Assembly (NCBI GenBank): GCA_964612415.1
Contig: CAZTCT010000003.1
Location: forward strand, 10,477 to 74,476
Source: an uncultured Candidatus Saccharibacteria bacterium
Lineage (GTDB): Bacteria; Patescibacteriota; Minisyncoccia; Phycocordibacterales; CAYRGE01
Direction: 5' to 3'
Length of the DNA stretch: 64,000 bases
The position numbers and the translations under genes were made by a program. The notes under the pieces were generated by a model. The model was not told where the DNA came from. It saw nothing but the letters and a program-made list of their open reading frames with translations, and did no database searches. Shown here piece by piece: positions 1-9,991 of this stretch (the stretch's first letter is position 1; every line of letters begins with the position of its first letter).

Positions 1-1401
1 TTTATCGGCTCGCATCTTTGCGAGCGGCTGGTCAAAGATGGGCACAAAGTTATCTCTCTTGATAACTACTTCACCGGTTCACGGGAAAATCATGTTGCTG
101 GAGTAGAGTATCGCGAAGGACATACAAAAGACATTGAGAGGCATATTTCTGAGTCTCCGGATATCGTGTATCACCTCGGGGAATATTCCCGCGTAGAAAA
201 AAGCTTTGAGGATGTAGAGCAGGTGTGGGATCTCAATCAGTACGGGACTTTTGCGGTGCTTGAATTTGCTCGCAGGCGCAAGGCAAAACTTGTTTATGCA
301 GGGAGCTCAACAAAGTTCGGGGACAAAGGACTTGGGCGCGACCAGAGTCCGTATGCATGGAGTAAAGCAAGCATGACTGATTTGGTGAAAAATTATGGAG
401 ACTGGTTTGGGCTTAATTATGCGATAACGTATTTCTATAATGTGTACGGTCCACGGGAACGAGCAAGTGACTTTGGCACGGTCGTGGCCATTTTTAAAGA
501 ACAGTATGAACGAGGGACTCCACGTTCTGTGGTAGCGCCTGGGACACAAGAGCGCATCTTTACTCATGTTGATGATGTAGTAAACGCTCTTATGTTTGTT
601 GGGGAAAAAGGAAGTGGGGATGGATATGGCGTAGGCAGTGAAGAGAGATTTTCCATCCTTGAACTCGCAAAACTTTTTGGAAATGACGTGGTGATGTTAC
701 CTGAGCGACAAGGCAATCGCATGGAAGCATCTATTGATACAGCAAAGACACAAGCATTGGGGTGGCGTCCAGAGAAATCTCTGCGCAAAGAAATTGAGGA
801 GTTCGTTGCACAAACACACCCATCTTCTTCTGCGCCAGAAAAGAGAATCCTTATCTTTACTACCACTTTTCATCCAGTTGCAGGACCTGCGGAGGAAGCA
901 CTTGCGACACTCATGGAGAAGATGCCCGATGTCAAATTTGATATTGTGACTGCTGCGTATACTAAGGATGCCCTAACAAAACCATCGCATCTTCCAAACG
1001 TTGAAATCCATCGTGTTGGGTATGGAAGCAGCACTGATAAATATTTACTCCCATTTCTGGGGAGGAAAAGAGCTCTTGAGCTTGCAGGGAAGCACAAATA
1101 TATGTTTGCATGGTCTGTGATGGCAAGTTATGGTGCGCTTCCGGCGCTTTCTGTGAGGAGGAATAAACTCATCCCACTGCTCATTACGCTTGCTGACCAG
1201 AGTCTGTCTTGGCATGAGCGGGTGTTCCTACGGGTAGTACTTTCAGGAGCTGATCAGGTCTATACTTCGACTCCAGAACAAGCAAGGAAACTCATCTCAC
1301 TTGAAGCGCGTATGCGAGCAAGAAAGTCTCTTGGAGCAGGGGATTCTTTTGCAAGCCAGATTCGGTTTGCGTATTCAGCTATTTTGCGAAAACAAAAATA
1401 A
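1..1401 (+). CDS. NAD-dependent sugar epimerase/dehydratase (extended SDR, UXS/RmlB-like; 5' end outside window) fused to a C-terminal GT4-type N-terminal-domain-like module
   Basis: Frame 1 is open from nt 1 (FIGSHLCERLVKDGHKVISLDNYFTGSRENH...); YAWSK = YxxxK catalytic motif; after ~nt 830 the sequence KRILIFTTTFHPVAGPAEE...VEIHRVGYG parallels the N-terminal half of the downstream GT4 (KKILVFSLVYYPKHVGGAEV...VLVHRIGFT). Confidence 0.7.
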   Translation, partial: FIGSHLCERLVKDGHKVISLDNYFTGSRENHVAGVEYREGHTKDIERHISESPDIVYHLGEYSRVEKSFEDVEQVWDLNQYGTFAVLEFARRRKAKLVYAGSSTKFGDKGLGRDQSPYAWSKASMTDLVKNYGDWFGLNYAITYFYNVYGPRERASDFGTVVAIFKEQYERGTPRSVVAPGTQERIFTHVDDVVNALMFVGEKGSGDGYGVGSEERFSILELAKLFGNDVVMLPERQGNRMEASIDTAKTQALGWRPEKSLRKEIEEFVAQTHPSSSAPEKRILIFTTTFHPVAGPAEEALATLMEKMPDVKFDIVTAAYTKDALTKPSHLPNVEIHRVGYGSSTDKYLLPFLGRKRALELAGKHKYMFAWSVMASYGALPALSVRRNKLIPLLITLADQSLSWHERVFLRVVLSGADQVYTSTPEQARKLISLEARMRARKSLGAGDSFASQIRFAYSAILRKQK

Positions 1402-1402
1402 C

Positions 1403-2617
1403 ATGAAGAAAATCCTTGTATTCTCACTGGTATATTACCCAAAACATGTAGGGGGTGCGGAGGTGGCAATCAAGGAGATCACAGATCGGATGGACTCGTC
1501 AGACATTGAGTTTCATATGATCGCAAACCGCTTTGATGCAACTCTTCCGGAGGTAGAGAAAGTGGGCAATGTGCTTGTGCACAGAATTGGATTTACTAAA
1601 CGGGAGCCAAACATGGCAGACCTAAAAAAGTTTCCGCTGCATTTCAATAAGTTATTCTATCAATTTAATGCGTTCTTTAAGGCGGTCTCTTTGCACAAGA
1701 AATATCATTATGATGCTATCTGGGCGATGATGGCTCATTCATGTGGAGTACCAGCAGGGCTTTTTAAAACTTTCTATCCAAAAGTGCCATATCTGCTCAC
1801 CCTTCAAGAAGGAGATCCACCTGAATATATTGAGAGAAAAATGCGTGTGCTTTGGCCGCTTTTTGTTCGTGGATTTACAAAAGCGGATTACCTCCAATCA
1901 ATATCAACATTTCTCTCTGCATGGGGGAAGAAGATGGGATTTGGCGGCGAACTTCAGATTATTCCAAACGCAGTGAACACCTCACATTTCTCGCAAGAGT
2001 ATTCAGAAGGAGAACTTGCCGATACAAGGAAAGAGCTTGGAAAGAAAGACGGGGATATTTTCTTGGTCACCACGTCGCGGCTGGTGAAGAAGAACGCTGT
2101 TGACGACGTGATTCGTGCGTTACCTGTCTTGCAAGACAACGTCCACTTTATTGTATTTGGCATTGGCCCTGACGAAGACATGCTCAAGACTCTGGCAAAA
2201 GAACTTGGTGTAGCAAATCGGGTACAGTTTCGTGGACAAATCGGGCATACGGAAATGCCAAAATATCTTAAAGCCTGCGATATTTTCATTCGTCCAAGCC
2301 GCTCAGAGGGAATGGGCAATTCTTTTGTAGAAGCAATGGCAGCGGAATTGCCAGTCATTGCAACTCAAGAAGGAGGAATCGCGGACTTTCTTTTTGACGC
2401 GAAGAGAAATCCTGACAAACAAACAACAGGATGGGCAGTAGACAAAGACTCACCTATACAAATTGCAGAGGCAGTCAAAGATATTTTGAATGATAAAGAG
2501 AGCACGAGGCAAGTTGTAAAAAATGCAAAAAAGATGGCTTTTGAAAAATATGATTGGGATATCATCGCACAAGCGATGAGAGCTCTTTTCTCGAAGATCC
2601 TTTCTGCTTCAGTGTAA
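1403..2617 (+). CDS. glycosyltransferase family 4 (GT-B)
   Basis: ATG at 1403 directly after TAA of upstream gene; N-term KILVFSLVYYPKHVGGAEV; C-term EGMGNSFVEAMAAELPVIATQEGG (E-x7-E GT4 motif). Confidence 0.85.
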   Translation: MKKILVFSLVYYPKHVGGAEVAIKEITDRMDSSDIEFHMIANRFDATLPEVEKVGNVLVHRIGFTKREPNMADLKKFPLHFNKLFYQFNAFFKAVSLHKKYHYDAIWAMMAHSCGVPAGLFKTFYPKVPYLLTLQEGDPPEYIERKMRVLWPLFVRGFTKADYLQSISTFLSAWGKKMGFGGELQIIPNAVNTSHFSQEYSEGELADTRKELGKKDGDIFLVTTSRLVKKNAVDDVIRALPVLQDNVHFIVFGIGPDEDMLKTLAKELGVANRVQFRGQIGHTEMPKYLKACDIFIRPSRSEGMGNSFVEAMAAELPVIATQEGGIADFLFDAKRNPDKQTTGWAVDKDSPIQIAEAVKDILNDKESTRQVVKNAKKMAFEKYDWDIIAQAMRALFSKILSASV

Positions 2618-2653
2618 CTTGCTCTTAGTGCCTCTTTTGTCTACACTCAAAGC

Positions 2654-3763
2654 ATGAGAATCTTGCTTGCCGCGGGCATTTATCCTCCACAGATAGGAGG
2701 TCCAGCTACCTATGCAAAACTCCTTGTTGAGGAGCTTCCTCGCCGTGGAGTAGAGGTTGACGTGGTAAAGTTTTCAGATGTATCTCATCTGCCAAAGTTT
2801 GTTAAACATGCAGCCTACTTTTGGAAGGTTATTTTAAACGGCAAAAACGCAGATCTCATATTTGCTCAAGACGGAGTCAGTGTGGGGCTCCCCGCGCTCT
2901 GTGCCGCGTTTATTCTGCGCAAGAAGTTTTTTGTGCGGCATGGAGGAGATTACGCTTGGGAGCAGGCGACTGGGCACTATGGTCTCACAGAGACACTCGA
3001 TGAGTTTACGAGTACTCCTAGACGGCGCCCACTGCAGATCACGCTTTTTCGTACTATCCAGACCTTTGTTGCGAAGCATGCCAAAAGGGTGATTGTTCCA
3101 AGCAAATATCTTGCAAGTGTTGTGGAGAGATGGGGAGTAGATTCTGAAAAGATAATTGTTGTCTACAACACATCAAATTTACCTACATTTTCTGACGCAC
3201 GCGCCACTCTCAAGCGGGAACTTGGTCTGCAAGATCAAGCTATTGTCTCAGCAGGACGATTGGTAGGCTGGAAGGGGTTTGAGGTGCTTATAGAGGCTAT
3301 GCCGGAAGTTATAAGAGCTTTTGTTGATGCCCGGCTCTATCTAATTGGGGAAGGGCCTGACCGGAATATGCTAAAGAAGAAAATCCATGACCTTGGTCTT
3401 GAAGAGAGGGTGTTTCTCCTTGGCGCATTACCACAAGAAGATCTTGCTCGTTATGTCAAAGCTGCTGATGTCTTTGTGTTAAATACAAAATATGAAGGCC
3501 TCTCGCATCAACTTATTGAGGCCATGAGTCTTGGTACTCCCATTGTGACAACCGATATACCTGGCAACAGGGAACTCATCGAGAATAAAAAAACGGGCAC
3601 TCTTGTTGGGTACAATGATAAACAAGCACTTGCGACTGCGATCAGAGATGCCCTATCTGCGGGGAAAGAAATTGATGGGATGGTTGCTCGGGCAAAAGAT
3701 AAAGCAAGTACTTTCACAACAGATCAAACTGTGCGTGGTACGCTTGCAGCACTCACCAAATGA
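2654..3763 (+). CDS. glycosyltransferase family 4
   Basis: MRILLAAGIYPPQIGGPATYAKLL N-term; EGLSHQLIEAMSLGTPIVTTDIPGNRELI GT4 donor-binding motif. Confidence 0.85.
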   Translation: MRILLAAGIYPPQIGGPATYAKLLVEELPRRGVEVDVVKFSDVSHLPKFVKHAAYFWKVILNGKNADLIFAQDGVSVGLPALCAAFILRKKFFVRHGGDYAWEQATGHYGLTETLDEFTSTPRRRPLQITLFRTIQTFVAKHAKRVIVPSKYLASVVERWGVDSEKIIVVYNTSNLPTFSDARATLKRELGLQDQAIVSAGRLVGWKGFEVLIEAMPEVIRAFVDARLYLIGEGPDRNMLKKKIHDLGLEERVFLLGALPQEDLARYVKAADVFVLNTKYEGLSHQLIEAMSLGTPIVTTDIPGNRELIENKKTGTLVGYNDKQALATAIRDALSAGKEIDGMVARAKDKASTFTTDQTVRGTLAALTK

Positions 3764-3766
3764 GAT

Positions 3767-4909
3767 ATGAAAGTACTCATGCTCTCAACAGATAGGGCAG
3801 TGTTTGATCACTCGAGCGCCACGCGGGAGAGAATGATTTCATATGGGGAGCTTGTGGATGAACTACACATCATTGTTTTTAGTAAGGGAGAGTTAGAGCA
3901 TGAAAAGGGAAAGATATCAGAGCGTGTGTATCTTTATCCCACAAATTCAAAAAATAGATTTAAGTACATTAAGGATGCCGTGAGAATAGGGAAGGCTATT
4001 GGGAAGGAAAGATCAATTAATCTTGTCACTGCCCAAGATCCATTTGAAGTTGGTCTTGCGGGGTATAAAATTGCGAAAAAACTCAACATCGCACTTGAGC
4101 TTCAAATTCATACAGACCCATTCAGCCCTTTCTTTAAGAAACTTAACCTATTAAACAGAATTCGTGTTTTGATCGCAAAAAGAATTTTACCTAAAGCGAA
4201 TTGCATTCGCGTTGTGTCGCCATTGATTAAGAAGAGTGTCTTGAAGGTTTTACCTAAAATCGGAAAGCAAGGAACATGTTTTAATGTTCTTCCTATTTTT
4301 GTCCCGCCGTTCCCAGACGTTCAGAGTACAGAACCTTTTTCTTTACCTGGAATTACCCATCAAATCCTTTTTGTTGGCAGGTTTGAAAAAGAAAAGAATC
4401 TTGCCCTTGCGCTGGAGGCTTTTGCTCTCGTTGCGGATAAGCACAAAGACTCAGCTTTTGTTTTGGTAGGCGACGGAAGTGAGCGGAATAAACTTGAGAG
4501 GAAGGCGGCATCTCTTGGTATAGCCAGTCAGGTTTTCTTCGTCGGATTTCAAAAGGATCCAACTCCGTATTATCGTGCGGCATCAGTTGTTCTACTGACC
4601 TCTGACTTTGAGGGTGCCGGGCGTATCTTTATTGAGGCAGGGATGGAAGGGAGGGCGATTGTCAGTACCAATGTCGGCTTTGCGCCGCTTTTACTTGAGG
4701 AGGAAGATAAGCAATTTTTGTGTCCTGTGGGAGATGAAAAGGCAATTGCAAAAGCGCTTACGACGCTTCTTGAGCATGATCAGCTTCGGCATGAAAGCGG
4801 GATGCGGGTTCAGAGTCGTGTCTCGCGAATAGTATCTTTGTCAAAAGAGGAGTATCTGCGAGCGCTTTCTCTAGGGTGGCAAAAATGCGTGATCGCAAAA
4901 CCAAGATGA
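3767..4909 (+). CDS. glycosyltransferase family 4
   Basis: FEGAGRIFIEAGMEGRAIVSTNVGFAPLL motif; starts 4 nt after upstream stop. Confidence 0.8.
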   Translation: MKVLMLSTDRAVFDHSSATRERMISYGELVDELHIIVFSKGELEHEKGKISERVYLYPTNSKNRFKYIKDAVRIGKAIGKERSINLVTAQDPFEVGLAGYKIAKKLNIALELQIHTDPFSPFFKKLNLLNRIRVLIAKRILPKANCIRVVSPLIKKSVLKVLPKIGKQGTCFNVLPIFVPPFPDVQSTEPFSLPGITHQILFVGRFEKEKNLALALEAFALVADKHKDSAFVLVGDGSERNKLERKAASLGIASQVFFVGFQKDPTPYYRAASVVLLTSDFEGAGRIFIEAGMEGRAIVSTNVGFAPLLLEEEDKQFLCPVGDEKAIAKALTTLLEHDQLRHESGMRVQSRVSRIVSLSKEEYLRALSLGWQKCVIAKPR

Positions 4910-5934
4910 AATTACTTATCTGTACACAAAAGGTAGACAAAGACGATCCCGTTCTCGGATTCTTCCACCGGTGGATAGAAGAATTCTCCCGTCATTGTGA
5001 GTGCGTTGTTGTGATTGCTAATAGTGTAGGCGAATATAGTTTGCCTAAAAATGTATCTGTGTACTCTCTCGGCAAAGAGAAAGGGAATTCGCGTGGTGTA
5101 AAATTCTTTAGATTTGTGTACTTTCTGTGGAAGCTCCGTGAAGAGTATGACGCCGTCTTTGTTCATATGATACCTGAGTTTGTCATTGCTGGAGGGATAA
5201 TATGGCGAATGTTCAAGAAGAAGATAGGACTTTGGTATGTTCATGGCACTGTCTCCTTGCGGCTTCGGGTTGCGGCGCTTTTAGTACACAAAGTCTTCAC
5301 TACTTCGCCGGAGAGTTGTCGTATAAAAAGCAAAAAAGTCCAGTCTATGGGCCATGGTATTGATATCCCGACTGGTCCTCCAAAGAAAGAAAGAAATGAG
5401 ATACCGTCTATCATTTCGATCGGGAGGATCTCTCCATCTAAGCAAGTTGATAAGATTCTCAATATTTTCGAAATCCTCAAGCAACGCAAAGTTACTTTTA
5501 ATGCGCAATTGGTTGGTGGACCAGCAACAAAGAGCGATGTTGTATATGCAGGCGAGGTGGAGGAAAAAGCCCGTGAGCTTGGCATTGATTACAGGGGTCC
5601 TCTGCCGCACAAAGAAGCGATGAGCCTCCTTCAATCCGCGGATATTTTTATAAGCGCTTCCATTACTGGCTCTGTAGACAAAGCCGTCCTTGAGGCGGCG
5701 GCACGAGGCGTGGTGCCTATTTTTTCAAGTCGTGCATTTGATACAGCACTCGATGTCCCTGGGCTTTGGGTTTCGCTGGATGGTGTTGGGGAACCTTTCG
5801 CAGATCGGATTCAAGAGCTTGTTGCTCATCCAAACAAACGACACGACCTTTCTTTGCAAGTGTATGAGTCTGTCTCAAAAAAACACAATTTGATCAATCT
5901 TATTCCTCGACTTGTTGCTTTGCTTGAGGAGTAA
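4906..5934 (+). CDS. glycosyltransferase (GT4-like, GT-B fold)
   Basis: ATGA overlap with upstream stop at 4906-4909; MKLLICTQKVDKDDPVLGFFHRWIEEF N-term typical of GT1/GT4 N-domain; C-term ...SVDKAVLEAAARGVVPIFSS. Confidence 0.65.
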   Translation: MKLLICTQKVDKDDPVLGFFHRWIEEFSRHCECVVVIANSVGEYSLPKNVSVYSLGKEKGNSRGVKFFRFVYFLWKLREEYDAVFVHMIPEFVIAGGIIWRMFKKKIGLWYVHGTVSLRLRVAALLVHKVFTTSPESCRIKSKKVQSMGHGIDIPTGPPKKERNEIPSIISIGRISPSKQVDKILNIFEILKQRKVTFNAQLVGGPATKSDVVYAGEVEEKARELGIDYRGPLPHKEAMSLLQSADIFISASITGSVDKAVLEAAARGVVPIFSSRAFDTALDVPGLWVSLDGVGEPFADRIQELVAHPNKRHDLSLQVYESVSKKHNLINLIPRLVALLEE

Positions 5935-6736
5935 AAAATTTTTTGCCCGTAAGGGCGACGAGTTTCCAGTTATACCAATGGTGCATCCACTCTACCCAAA
6001 AAGGCATACGTTCACCCTTGCAAAACAAAATGATACGTACATGACGCAGAAGGTAACTCAAAGAGGATCTCAATGAGCCCTTTACTGGCCCCTTGAGCCA
6101 CATGAGAAATGTATCGTTTTTGTGACGGGCCACTTCAATTCTAAGATAGTAAAGTTGTTTCAGTCGCATTTTTTCTTCCGTAGTATCTAGGGGGACATAT
6201 TCCGGGGATTTGAGCTTTCCCGTGCGCACACCCTCTCTAAGTGCTATGCGCTCATGTACTTGCTTTATAAAACCAGTGATCCCACTTTTATGAAAAAAGC
6301 GCATCTGGTAATTCGGGTAGGCCGTTGCGCATTCTATGATCTTTCCGTTTACAATAGTTTTTCTTGGGAGCCAGTATGCAAGTGCCGTCTGTGTACCTAA
6401 AGGGGAATATACTATCTCTCCAATCTCCGTTACTGCTTCGGGAGACAGATATTCATCCGAGTCAATATATAAAAACCATTCATGCTTTGCGGCCGCGAGC
6501 ATCTGGTTTCTTACGCCCGAGAAGTCAATAATTTGGCCACTCTCGTTAAGATATTTTTTATTCTGTTGGATTATGTCTGCACCAAATTCATGCGCAAGGG
6601 CCAATGTTGTATCAGTACTTCCTCCATCACATATAACAATGTGATTAAATTCACGAACAGACTCAAGCGCGCGGCGCAGGGTTTTCCCATTATTGAATGT
6701 GAGGATACCTACTGTACAAGGAATAGGCTTAGTCAT
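5900..6736 (-). CDS. glycosyltransferase family 2
   Basis: CTVGILTFNNGKTLRRALESVREF...ICDGGSTDTT...YIDSDEYLS (GT2 DxD-type signature). Confidence 0.85.
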   Translation of the reverse strand: MTKPIPCTVGILTFNNGKTLRRALESVREFNHIVICDGGSTDTTLALAHEFGADIIQQNKKYLNESGQIIDFSGVRNQMLAAAKHEWFLYIDSDEYLSPEAVTEIGEIVYSPLGTQTALAYWLPRKTIVNGKIIECATAYPNYQMRFFHKSGITGFIKQVHERIALREGVRTGKLKSPEYVPLDTTEEKMRLKQLYYLRIEVARHKNDTFLMWLKGPVKGSLRSSLSYLLRHVRIILFCKGERMPFWVEWMHHWYNWKLVALTGKKFFTPQAKQQVEE

Positions 6737-8228
6737 GTTTGTTGGCGAGAAGACCTTTTAGTGATTGGGGGCACTGTTTCAAATGCTTCGCCCATTGGGT
6801 TAGTACCTCTGCTGCAAGCTGCTGTTGCGGTGTTGTAAGTTCAATGTCTCTTATGTGAGTAGGTAACGAAGAAAAAAAAGCTGTCGATGATGTGTCTCGG
6901 TTAACCGGAACCGTGAGTCCTTTTTTGCGCTTGATCGTTGCTCTAGGGATGTTATGACGGGATGCTAACTCTTTAAATACTCGTTTTGTAATAGAAAGAC
7001 CTATTTTTGATTCATGAGACCACCCAACTCGGTGTCGAAAGGGTATTCCCAATGCGAACTCAACGACATCCATGTCATAGAACAAATTTGAAACGAGCCG
7101 ACCGTTTTTAATAGCAGGGAGAAGAACAATATCTCCATCGATGGGAGTGTGTCCAAAGAGCATTCCGACAAGAGAGAGTTGTTGTAATGGCCGATAAGAA
7201 GACAAGTCTGGTATGAAAGAGGGGAGTTTCTTTAACAAGCCAACCGTTCTAAAAGCGGTGTATTTATCACTAAGTTGCCTGTGTGCCATGGCTTTATGGA
7301 GATAACTCTGTATGAACTGGGGAAGAAGCTGGACAAAGTATATGAGTGATTGATCGGGGACAGAGCACATTGCTGTATCGCAGTTTTGCGCAAAATATAT
7401 CTGAGGCTCTTCTCCAGCGGAGGTTTCATTAAGGAGACATGATATTGCCATCTGAGATGTTGTACCAACTGGATTACTGTAAAGGGTAACTGAATTTTCT
7501 ATGTAAGAATTGTAATTATTCGTACTAAGTGGTTTTGTATGGTGTGAAGTCGCCCCTATTATGCGGGCATTCTCAAGGGCAAACCCTGACTCACTTCCCA
7601 ATACTCCCCAAGGCATTGCGGTATAGGCGTGTATTTCAGCGCCTGCCTTTTTAAGATAAATACCCGTGAGTGTTGAGTCTATACCCCCAGAAAGGTATAG
7701 ACCCATTCTTTTTTGTTTGAGTGTTCGTTTTGCAGCTTGAGTAAGGAGATGATCTGCTGTGTCTACGAGTGCCACAAGAGATTTGTTTTCTAGTAGGGCG
7801 GGAGTTATATGGTATTGATAAAGCCTCTCAGCATTTCCATTAGGAGATATTTTGAGTACTGTGCCGGGGGGAACCAGGGAGATTTCATTAAAAAGCGGCG
7901 AAACCTTTATTGTTCCTATAGAAAGATATACTCGTAGCCCCTCTTCAGATATAGTCTCATCCCCCGCGAGGAGATTCTCAAGGAATATTGAGCTTTTAAC
8001 TTTATTTTCACTCACCCGATAAAAAAGGGGAACATTTCCTAAGTGGTCTCGTCCCAAAATTACAGAGCCATCTTTTTGTGGAATACTGAACGCAAAAACT
8101 GCATCCCTTCTTCGCTTGGAGTAAAGGCGGTGGTAATCGCCATCAGAGATATCTTGAGGGTCAAAGTTATAGCTGCTGTGCTCCATGACTTGAACCCCAT
8201 CATATACCGTGAGGGACTGTTTTACCAC
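6729..8228 (-). CDS. asparagine synthetase (AsnB)-like amidotransferase, N-terminal glutaminase domain truncated (no Cys2 nucleophile)
   Basis: PP-loop motif LYLSGGIDSTLTG; GRDHLGNVPLFY resembles AsnB RDrxGxKPLyY; protein starts MVKQS.../MEHSS with no N-terminal Cys; overlaps downstream GT2 by 8 nt. Confidence 0.75.
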   Translation of the reverse strand: MVKQSLTVYDGVQVMEHSSYNFDPQDISDGDYHRLYSKRRRDAVFAFSIPQKDGSVILGRDHLGNVPLFYRVSENKVKSSIFLENLLAGDETISEEGLRVYLSIGTIKVSPLFNEISLVPPGTVLKISPNGNAERLYQYHITPALLENKSLVALVDTADHLLTQAAKRTLKQKRMGLYLSGGIDSTLTGIYLKKAGAEIHAYTAMPWGVLGSESGFALENARIIGATSHHTKPLSTNNYNSYIENSVTLYSNPVGTTSQMAISCLLNETSAGEEPQIYFAQNCDTAMCSVPDQSLIYFVQLLPQFIQSYLHKAMAHRQLSDKYTAFRTVGLLKKLPSFIPDLSSYRPLQQLSLVGMLFGHTPIDGDIVLLPAIKNGRLVSNLFYDMDVVEFALGIPFRHRVGWSHESKIGLSITKRVFKELASRHNIPRATIKRKKGLTVPVNRDTSSTAFFSSLPTHIRDIELTTPQQQLAAEVLTQWAKHLKQCPQSLKGLLANKHD

Positions 8229-8264
8229 TCTGTGTTAGACTTTTCTCATATTAAAGGGCAAGAT

Positions 8265-9371
8265 ATGAAACTCTTGTATTTGGCGAATATTCGACTTCCT
8301 ACGGAGAAGGCGCATGGGCTGCAGATAATGAAAATGTGCGAGGCTTTTATGCACGAGAACACTGAAGTGCAGCTGGTGGTACCAGCGCGCCGAAATCATA
8401 TAAGTGAGAACCCTTTTTCATATTATGGTATTAAACAGCAATTCCCGATAATCTATTTGCCTGTGTGGGATACAGTTGCTTGGGGTAGGATTGGTTTTTT
8501 ATTTGAATCCCTACAGTTTGCTCTCAAGGCTGCGATGTATACAAGAAAGTATCCTCCCGACGTATTGTATAGTCGTGACGAGTTGCCTCTTCTAGTTGCT
8601 TCATACGCAACAAAGCTTCCCGCAATATGGGAGGTACATACGGGGGCATGGAATTTCTTTGCAAAAAAGATGTCACAACTTGCGCGCGCAGTTATTGTGA
8701 TTTCTCATGGCCTGAAAGATTTTTATGTTGCGAAAGGGGTTTCTGCTGAGCGTATTGTTGTAGCACATGATGCGATAGACAGCGAGGATTTTTCTCGCAT
8801 TGAGCTCCCAGAAAATTCTCGTATGCGGTTGGGCATACCTATCGACAAGAAGATCGCACTTTATGTTGGACGCCTAGACGGCTGGAAGGGCGCGAATGTG
8901 TTTTGTGAAGCAGCCCAACTTCTTCCGAAAGATATTCTTGCGGTAGTAATTGGAGGCGAAGAACAGCAAGTGTCTCTATTCAAAAAAAAGTATCCAGAAG
9001 TTCTATTCCTCGGCTATATGCCGTATCGTGATTTGCCCTCAAATCAGGCTGCTGCTGATGTATTAGTCCTCCCGAATTCAAGCAAAGATCAAATCTCAGT
9101 TTTATTTGCGTCACCGCTCAAATTGTTTACTTACATGGCATCAGGCAAACCCATCGTTGCTTCTAACTTGCCATCTCTTAAAGAAGTGCTTCCTGACGCA
9201 GGCGCATTTTTTGTACCTCCAGATGATCCAAACGCGCTTGCTGGTGGTATAGTTCAGGCAGTTTCTAATCCTCAAGAGGGCAAGAAACGAGCCGAACAGG
9301 CGCGCGAGCTTGTCAAAGAGTACAGCTGGTATAATCGAGCGCACCACATTTTGCTATGTATCAAAAAATAA
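8265..9371 (+). CDS. glycosyltransferase family 4
   Basis: Likely start ATG 8265 (MKLLYLANIRLPTEKAHGLQIM); the longer ORF from 8043 overlaps the divergent AsnB-like gene; C-term ...LFTYMASGKPIVASNLPSLKEV. Confidence 0.75.
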   Translation: MKLLYLANIRLPTEKAHGLQIMKMCEAFMHENTEVQLVVPARRNHISENPFSYYGIKQQFPIIYLPVWDTVAWGRIGFLFESLQFALKAAMYTRKYPPDVLYSRDELPLLVASYATKLPAIWEVHTGAWNFFAKKMSQLARAVIVISHGLKDFYVAKGVSAERIVVAHDAIDSEDFSRIELPENSRMRLGIPIDKKIALYVGRLDGWKGANVFCEAAQLLPKDILAVVIGGEEQQVSLFKKKYPEVLFLGYMPYRDLPSNQAAADVLVLPNSSKDQISVLFASPLKLFTYMASGKPIVASNLPSLKEVLPDAGAFFVPPDDPNALAGGIVQAVSNPQEGKKRAEQARELVKEYSWYNRAHHILLCIKK

Positions 9372-9991
9372 CTCGCAGAGCCCTTGAGAGTTTTTTATCC
9401 CAAAACGCATCATCCGAGCGGGTTCTTGATATTGGAGCAGGAGGCTCTTCTTATTATAAGTTTTTCCCAAATCGTGTTTCTATTGATATAGACCCTGCTC
9501 GTAACCCTGATATCGTCGGTGACGCGCATAAACTTCCATTCAAAGATGGAGAGTTTAACACGATCTTATGCACAGAAGTTCTTGAACATTTAAAAGACCC
9601 GCGCGTCGCCATTTCAGAAATGAAACGAGTACTTGTAACTGGGGGTGTTTTAATTCTCACTACACGATTCGTTTATCCTATACACGATGCTCCAAATGAT
9701 TACTGGAGGTTTACAAAATACGGGCTCGCTGAACTATTTAAGGAATGGGAAATTATCAAATTGGTTCCAGAAACAGAAAATTTCTCAACAATAGCAGTTC
9801 TTCTACAAAGAATGACTTTTCAAACCTCACTTTACTTGAATAAACTTACTAAATTCTTCCTACTTTTAACGGCGCTCATTGTGCACAAGTTGAACTTTCT
9901 CATTAAAGGAGAATATGGAGATATACAAAAAAGGACGCGTGAAGACCATATCATGACAAGCGGATACTATCTTATATGCAAGAAGATTTGA
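9356..9991 (+). CDS. class I SAM-dependent methyltransferase
   Basis: Motif I VLDIGAGGSSYY; post-I FNTILCTEVLEHLKDP; LKTGGVLILTT. Confidence 0.75.
   Translation: MYQKITRRALESFLSQNASSERVLDIGAGGSSYYKFFPNRVSIDIDPARNPDIVGDAHKLPFKDGEFNTILCTEVLEHLKDPRVAISEMKRVLVTGGVLILTTRFVYPIHDAPNDYWRFTKYGLAELFKEWEIIKLVPETENFSTIAVLLQRMTFQTSLYLNKLTKFFLLLTALIVHKLNFLIKGEYGDIQKRTREDHIMTSGYYLICKKI

Noticed and set aside
3761-3763. UGA recoding (as in some CPR lineages such as Gracilibacteria/Absconditabacteria)
   Set aside because: TGA terminates several genes (e.g. 3761-3763, 4907-4909, 12329-12331, 57087-57089) exactly where homologs end, and no in-frame TGA interrupts conserved domains. The standard code applies.
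8043-8264. N-terminal extension of the GT4 gene from the first in-frame ATG (8043)
   Set aside because: The extension overlaps the divergent AsnB-like gene by ~185 nt and has no GT features. The conserved GT4 N-terminus begins at ATG 8265.
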